Shown here one piece after another: positions 59,425 to 64,000 of a stretch of 64,000 nt of DNA. Made by a program: the position numbers and the translations under genes. This stretch comes from Candidatus Sumerlaeaceae bacterium. GTDB taxonomy: Bacteria; Sumerlaeota; Sumerlaeia; Sumerlaeales; Sumerlaeaceae. The notes below the pieces were generated by a model, which saw only the letters and a program-made list of their open reading frames with translations, was not told the DNA's origin and made no database searches. Location: positions 128,001-192,000 of the forward strand of contig JBMFRB010000001.1 of NCBI GenBank assembly GCA_049968255.1, written 5' to 3'. How positions within the stretch are numbered: position 1 is the stretch's first letter; each line of letters opens with the position of its first letter.

Positions 59425-60765
59425 TCAGTTTGCACCAGCAAACACAGCTTCGACGTCTGCTTTCGCGCTCGCGCCGATGGGCTTAAGATCGAACTTTTCC
59501 TGCAAGATGCGGAGAATGTTCGGCGTGATGAAAGCCGGAAGGGCTGGCCCCAAACGAATGCCTTTGACGCCGAGGTAGAGCAGCGTAAGCAGCACGGCGA
59601 CAGCTTTCTGCTCGAACCAAGAGATGTTGAGGGTGAGTGGCAGATCATTCACGCCGCAACCAAAGACTTTAGCGAGCGCCAGTGCGACCTGGATAGCGCC
59701 GTAAGAATCGTTGCACTGGCCCATGTCGAGCAGTCGGGGAACTTCGAGATCGCCGAGCCGAATTGTGCCATAATCGTAGTCGCGAATCCGATACTTCCCG
59801 CAACCGAGCGTAAGAATGATTGTGTCGGGCGGCGTGAGCTGAGCAAACTCGCTAAAGTAATTGCGGCCAGGCTCTGCGCCATCACAACCGCCAATCACGA
59901 AGAAGCGCTTGATTTTGCCCTCTTTGACCGCCTCGACGATCTTGTCGGCCAAGCTGAGCAACACCGTGTAATGAAAGCCAACCGTGGATTTTTTCAAGGG
60001 TGTCGGGCGGAGTGGGCCAATTTGCTTGGCACGCTCAATGACGGCAGAAAAGTCATTTGTCTTGAGGCGGGTGGCTCCTGGCACCGCCGTGACACGCGTG
60101 GTGAAAAAGCGATCAAGATACGTATTATCGGGCCGCGGAATGAGGACGCAGTTTGTCGTGCCCAGAATGGGCCCACCGAAGCGCTCGAATTCGTCACGTT
60201 GCTTTTGCCAAGCACCCCCATAATGGCCAGCAAGGTTCGGGTATTTTTTCAGCCCGGGATACATGTGGGCGGGAAGCATTTCGCCATGAGTGTAAACCTT
60301 GATATCGGTGCCTTTTACCTGTTCGAGGAGATCCCGCAAATCCACCATATCGTGGCCGGTCACAAGGATGCCAGGCCCCTCCTGGATTCCTTCGAGCACC
60401 TCCATGGGTTGCGGTTGTCCAAAGGTTTCTACGTGACCGTCGTTGAGAAGCTGCATGGTTTTCAGGTTCATGCGCCCGCACTCCATGCAGAGTTCGAAAA
60501 GGCTTTCTATGTCGAAGTTCACATTGGTGACGGTGGCAAAAAGAGCTTCCTCGATGAAGGATTCAATTTCTTCGTCCGTTTTGCCTAGCCGCCGGGCATG
60601 GTGCTTGTACGCGGCCATTCCCTTGAGGCCGTAGAGCAGGAGTTTCTGGAGCGATTCCATATCGGGATCTTTCCCACACACCCCCACGTCTGTACAGGCT
60701 TTACCACGGAACGTTTGTTCGCACTGGTCGCAGTACATTTTCCAGCCGTTGCCGTTCTCGCTCAT
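59425..60765 (-). CDS. hcp: Hybrid cluster protein (hydroxylamine/NO reductase), short form
   Basis: CDQCEQ..C..VGVCGK, VTGHD, YTHGEMLPAH, TTNC, GGCDG, GQCNDSY, WFEQKA. Confidence 0.93.
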   Translation of the reverse strand: MSENGNGWKMYCDQCEQTFRGKACTDVGVCGKDPDMESLQKLLLYGLKGMAAYKHHARRLGKTDEEIESFIEEALFATVTNVNFDIESLFELCMECGRMNLKTMQLLNDGHVETFGQPQPMEVLEGIQEGPGILVTGHDMVDLRDLLEQVKGTDIKVYTHGEMLPAHMYPGLKKYPNLAGHYGGAWQKQRDEFERFGGPILGTTNCVLIPRPDNTYLDRFFTTRVTAVPGATRLKTNDFSAVIERAKQIGPLRPTPLKKSTVGFHYTVLLSLADKIVEAVKEGKIKRFFVIGGCDGAEPGRNYFSEFAQLTPPDTIILTLGCGKYRIRDYDYGTIRLGDLEVPRLLDMGQCNDSYGAIQVALALAKVFGCGVNDLPLTLNISWFEQKAVAVLLTLLYLGVKGIRLGPALPAFITPNILRILQEKFDLKPIGASAKADVEAVFAGAN

Positions 60766-60855
60766 GACTCAGTCTCCTCATGTTTAAGATTTGGAGCGCT
60801 CGCTGACGCGCTCACGTTCTATGACAATCTGGACTCAAGCGGTACTCAGTCTGGC

Positions 60856-60871
60856 CTTGACTTTGATCAAG
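60856..60871. promoter_or_regulatory. Crp/Fnr-family (HcpR/Dnr) operator
   Basis: CTTGAC-TTTG-ATCAAG, matching TTGAT-N4-ATCAA with one mismatch, between divergent hcp and the Crp/Fnr gene. Confidence 0.75.
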
Positions 60872-60895
60872 AATCACTGAGCTTGTTCTAAAACC

Positions 60896-61666
60896 GTGAA
60901 ATGTGGAGAGGAAAACAGATTGAGTTCGACCTCACAAGGCAGAAAACCAAGACATGAAAAGCCAGCAAAGCCGACATCAACGGATAAGGTGGGGAGAGTG
61001 GCTGAGCTTTTTCTTTTTCGCACGTGGGAGCCAGAAGATCTTGCCATCCTCGCGAGGAAAGGGCGCTTTGTCCGCTACAGGCGTGGTGACATGGTCTTCG
61101 AGGGCGGGACAGATTGTGAACATCTTCTTGTGCTGTGCGATGGCCAAATTCAGATGTTCCGCGAGTTGGAGGATGGTCGGAAGGTGGCCCTCCATACCGT
61201 GTGGGCGCCTGCACTCGTGGCGTGTGCTGCGCTATTTTTAGATCAGTGCTATCCGGCCAGCGGCCTCGTTGTTTCCCCCAGAGCTGAAATCTTCGAGTAT
61301 CCGGGCGACGAATTCCTGCAGCTCTTGGAACGCCGCCCGGACCTCGGCCGCAGAATGATTTCGGCCCTTGCCAAACGCATCAGTGAATTGGCAGACCGAA
61401 TCGAGGCCAGTCAATATCTGACGGCAAACGCCCGCCTGGCCCGTTGGCTAAGCGAACAGAAAACCGCACTGCAACCTGACGGCAAGCAGGCAGTTGTTTT
61501 GCAAATGACGAAGCGTAATCTTGCAGCAACACTTGGGATTAAACCGGAAACGCTCTCGCGCGCAATTCGCGACCTTGTGGACGCAAACATTATCGCCATC
61601 CGGAAGAAAGAATTTCTCATCCTCGATCCGGACCGACTGATTGAGATCAGCTCGGCTACTCGCTAG
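60896..61666 (+). CDS. hcpR: Crp/Fnr-family regulator (HcpR/Dnr-like)
   Basis: cNMP-binding-like domain (YPAS) and HTH LAATLGIKPETLSR; divergent from hcp; start uncertain. Confidence 0.8.
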   Translation: MKCGEENRLSSTSQGRKPRHEKPAKPTSTDKVGRVAELFLFRTWEPEDLAILARKGRFVRYRRGDMVFEGGTDCEHLLVLCDGQIQMFRELEDGRKVALHTVWAPALVACAALFLDQCYPASGLVVSPRAEIFEYPGDEFLQLLERRPDLGRRMISALAKRISELADRIEASQYLTANARLARWLSEQKTALQPDGKQAVVLQMTKRNLAATLGIKPETLSRAIRDLVDANIIAIRKKEFLILDPDRLIEISSATR

Positions 61667-61699
61667 GCGCGCCCACCCTTCTTTTCAGCACCTAAGAGT

Positions 61700-64000
61700 T
61701 TAGGCCATGGGAAAAGGTGGCTCTTCTTTGCCAGGTGCACCGCAACATTTTTTGTATTTTTTACCACTGCCGCAGGGGCAGGGATCGTTGCGCCCGACCT
61801 TGGGGCCTACCCGAACCGGACGCTGAACAGCAAGCGGGCGCACAGAGGGCTCTACCGCACCACCATCGCCTTCAACCTCCTCAGGTGAGGGAGCAACTGG
61901 AACAACTTCCTCGACGGCGGCTTTGCGTGCTTCCATGGAGCGAATCTGCACGTCGGGTTCTTCCGCCTGTTGCAGCACCGGCTGGGTGAGGAAGAAGTGT
62001 TCAAGGATCCCCTTGTGGATGTTATAAAGCAGATCTTCGAAGAGAATAGCGGCTTCTTTTTGGTATTCGACAAGGGGATCGAGCTGGGCATAACCACGCC
62101 AACCCACGTTCTCGCGAAGGTCGTCAATGGCCAGGAGGTGATCCATCCAGTTCGAGTCAATGTGGCGCAGGACCACCCAACGCGATAGCCGCAGCATCAG
62201 TTCGTCGCCGAGCTGGGCGCGCTTGGCTTCGTAAGCTTCGACGAGCTTCGGCTCAATTGCCTGGAGAAACATTTCGGCGTCGAGTCCTTTTGTTTCCTGA
62301 AGAAGGCTGCGGAAATCTGTGTAGGGGATACAGTGCTGTAAATAAGCTAATAGGCCTTCGAGATCCCAATCTTCGGATGGTTTGGCTGGGTCGCCGTATT
62401 CGCCGATTGCATTACGGATGGCGTTTATGTGAAGGCTGAGCATCACATCGCGCAGGTCCTCGCTGAACAGCACTTCGCGGCGCAGGCCATAAATGGCCTC
62501 GCGTTGCTTGTTCATGACGTTATCGTACTCGAGGGTGCGTTTGCGGATTTCGAAGTTACGCGCTTCGACCTTTTTCTGCGCGTTCTCGATGGCGCGTGTA
62601 ACCCACGGATGGGTGATCGGCTCGCCCTCCTCGATGCCGAGACGATCCATGATGCGGGCAAGACGCTCGCTTCCGAAGAGGCGCATCAGATCGTCTTCGA
62701 GTGAGACGTAGAAGATCGAGCGCCCCGGATCGCCCTGGCGGCCTGCACGACCACGCAATTGCCGGTCAATGCGGCGCGCCTCGTGACGTTCCGTGCCGAT
62801 GACCTGAAGCCCGCCCGTCGGGCGCCCTTTCTCGTCATAACGCACGACGTCGGGGTGGAGCTTGATGTCCGTACCGCGACCGGCCATGTTTGTGGCGATA
62901 GTTACGGCGCCGGGCTGGCCGGCGAAACGGATGATTTCCGCTTCGCGCTGGTGATTCTTCGCGTTGAGCACGTTGTGAGGAATGCGTTTGCGCTGGAGCA
63001 TACGGCTGAGCAGTTCGCTCACTTCCACCGAAACGGTTCCCACCAGCACAGGTAACCTTTGCTCATGCAGGCGCACGATTTCATCAATGATCGCGTTATA
63101 TTTTTCGCGTTTTGTCTTATAGATGAGATCGTCTTCGTCCACCCTGATGCAGGGTTTGTTCGTAGGGATCACCACAACGTCCATGTTGTAGGTATGCAAG
63201 AACTCGTTGGCTTCCGTTTCGGCCGTGCCGGTCATGCCAGCAAGCTTCTTGTACATGCGGAAATAATTTTGCAGGGTGATCGTGGCAAGGGTCTGAGTTT
63301 CAGGCTCGATTTCGACGCCCTCTTTGGCTTCGACCGCCTGATGCAGCCCGTCGCTCCAGCGACGCCCGTGCATGAGACGGCCTGTGAACTCGTCCACGAT
63401 GATCACCTTATTATCCTGGACGACATAATCCACGTCCCGCTCGTAAAGTGAGTAGGCTCGCAGGAGTTGGGCAATGTTGTGGAGCTTCTCCGTTTGAACG
63501 GCGTGTTCGGCACGAAGAAGTTCTTTGATGTGCTCACGCTCGAGGCGTGGCACTTCGCTGCCGGGGATCACTTGTTTGACCGCCGAGTGTGGGATTCGTT
63601 GGAGACCGTCGTGGCGCGGAATTTCCCAATGTGTTTCTTTGCGGTACGAAGCCCGCTCTTCGGGGCGTCCGTTGACGAGAACCTTTTGCCCATCCACGAG
63701 TTCGAGTACTTCGAAATCACCGCTATCAACCGCAGCAATTTCCTCGACGATGTCGGGCAGCTCCCAGAGCTTGGGATTTGTGGGCGAGAGTGTGGTGCGC
63801 CCCTGTTCGGTGAGATCGACTTGGTGGCCTTTTTCGTCAATGACGTAGTAAAGCTGCTCTTCGATCTCGCTCATACGCTTGTCGCGCAGATAATCGAGCT
63901 CGACTTTTTCGATGAGGCTTTGCACGCCTGGTTCGCCGCGAAGCTTCATGAGGCGTTTGTGCTTAGGAAGTCCTTTCTGCGCGGTGAGCAGCTTGATGCC
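61700..64000 (-). CDS. secA: Protein translocase subunit SecA (5' part outside the window)
   Basis: [69 protein letters not shown]. Confidence 0.97.
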   Translation of the reverse strand, partial: GIKLLTAQKGLPKHKRLMKLRGEPGVQSLIEKVELDYLRDKRMSEIEEQLYYVIDEKGHQVDLTEQGRTTLSPTNPKLWELPDIVEEIAAVDSGDFEVLELVDGQKVLVNGRPEERASYRKETHWEIPRHDGLQRIPHSAVKQVIPGSEVPRLEREHIKELLRAEHAVQTEKLHNIAQLLRAYSLYERDVDYVVQDNKVIIVDEFTGRLMHGRRWSDGLHQAVEAKEGVEIEPETQTLATITLQNYFRMYKKLAGMTGTAETEANEFLHTYNMDVVVIPTNKPCIRVDEDDLIYKTKREKYNAIIDEIVRLHEQRLPVLVGTVSVEVSELLSRMLQRKRIPHNVLNAKNHQREAEIIRFAGQPGAVTIATNMAGRGTDIKLHPDVVRYDEKGRPTGGLQVIGTERHEARRIDRQLRGRAGRQGDPGRSIFYVSLEDDLMRLFGSERLARIMDRLGIEEGEPITHPWVTRAIENAQKKVEARNFEIRKRTLEYDNVMNKQREAIYGLRREVLFSEDLRDVMLSLHINAIRNAIGEYGDPAKPSEDWDLEGLLAYLQHCIPYTDFRSLLQETKGLDAEMFLQAIEPKLVEAYEAKRAQLGDELMLRLSRWVVLRHIDSNWMDHLLAIDDLRENVGWRGYAQLDPLVEYQKEAAILFEDLLYNIHKGILEHFFLTQPVLQQAEEPDVQIRSMEARKAAVEEVVPVAPSPEEVEGDGGAVEPSVRPLAVQRPVRVGPKVGRNDPCPCGSGKKYKKCCGAPGKEEPPFPMA

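Noticed and set aside
59377-60588. 403-aa plus-strand ORF
   Set aside because: Antisense to the well-supported hcp gene

Overview
64 kb of GC-rich bacterial chromosome with about 45 supportable CDSs. I saw no rRNA, tRNA, CRISPR array or transposase. Diderm envelope genes (hldE, RND pump, Wzz/Wzc-like, O-antigen ligase-like), a Gram-positive-type LexA box and a Bacillus-type sdhA suggest a poorly studied lineage. It is reminiscent of Sumerlaeota/BRC1, which is an unverified inference. Highlights: (1) 1-8.7 kb holds four secreted proteins. Three end in a shared short tag (A/G)-V-x-(D/E)-W-x-L-(Y/F)-stop carried on two unrelated domains, while a paralog carries a different tag (VTLPIVLAAWTVE). 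This is a candidate undescribed C-terminal sorting/anchoring system. (2) A dinB-like + dnaE2 mutagenesis cassette sits behind a perfect GAAC-N4-GTTC palindrome. (3) A fluoride operon (MFS, Cys-rich DUF6062-like, a dynamin-like GTPase pseudogene broken across ORF-track fragments, 2x DUF190, crcB) is preceded by up to three tandem, partly decayed fluoride-riboswitch-like units. (4) rpsG, sdhA, addA and pilT occur outside their usual operons. (5) A TPR/CBM + kinase-less Wzc-like + O-antigen-ligase-like envelope cluster. (6) Routine genes: comM/yifB, SSS symporter, IDH, rnc, pcrA, amino-acid ABC, RND, hldE, hcp/hcpR with an FNR-type box, and secA. All family calls come from motif recognition by eye, not database searches.
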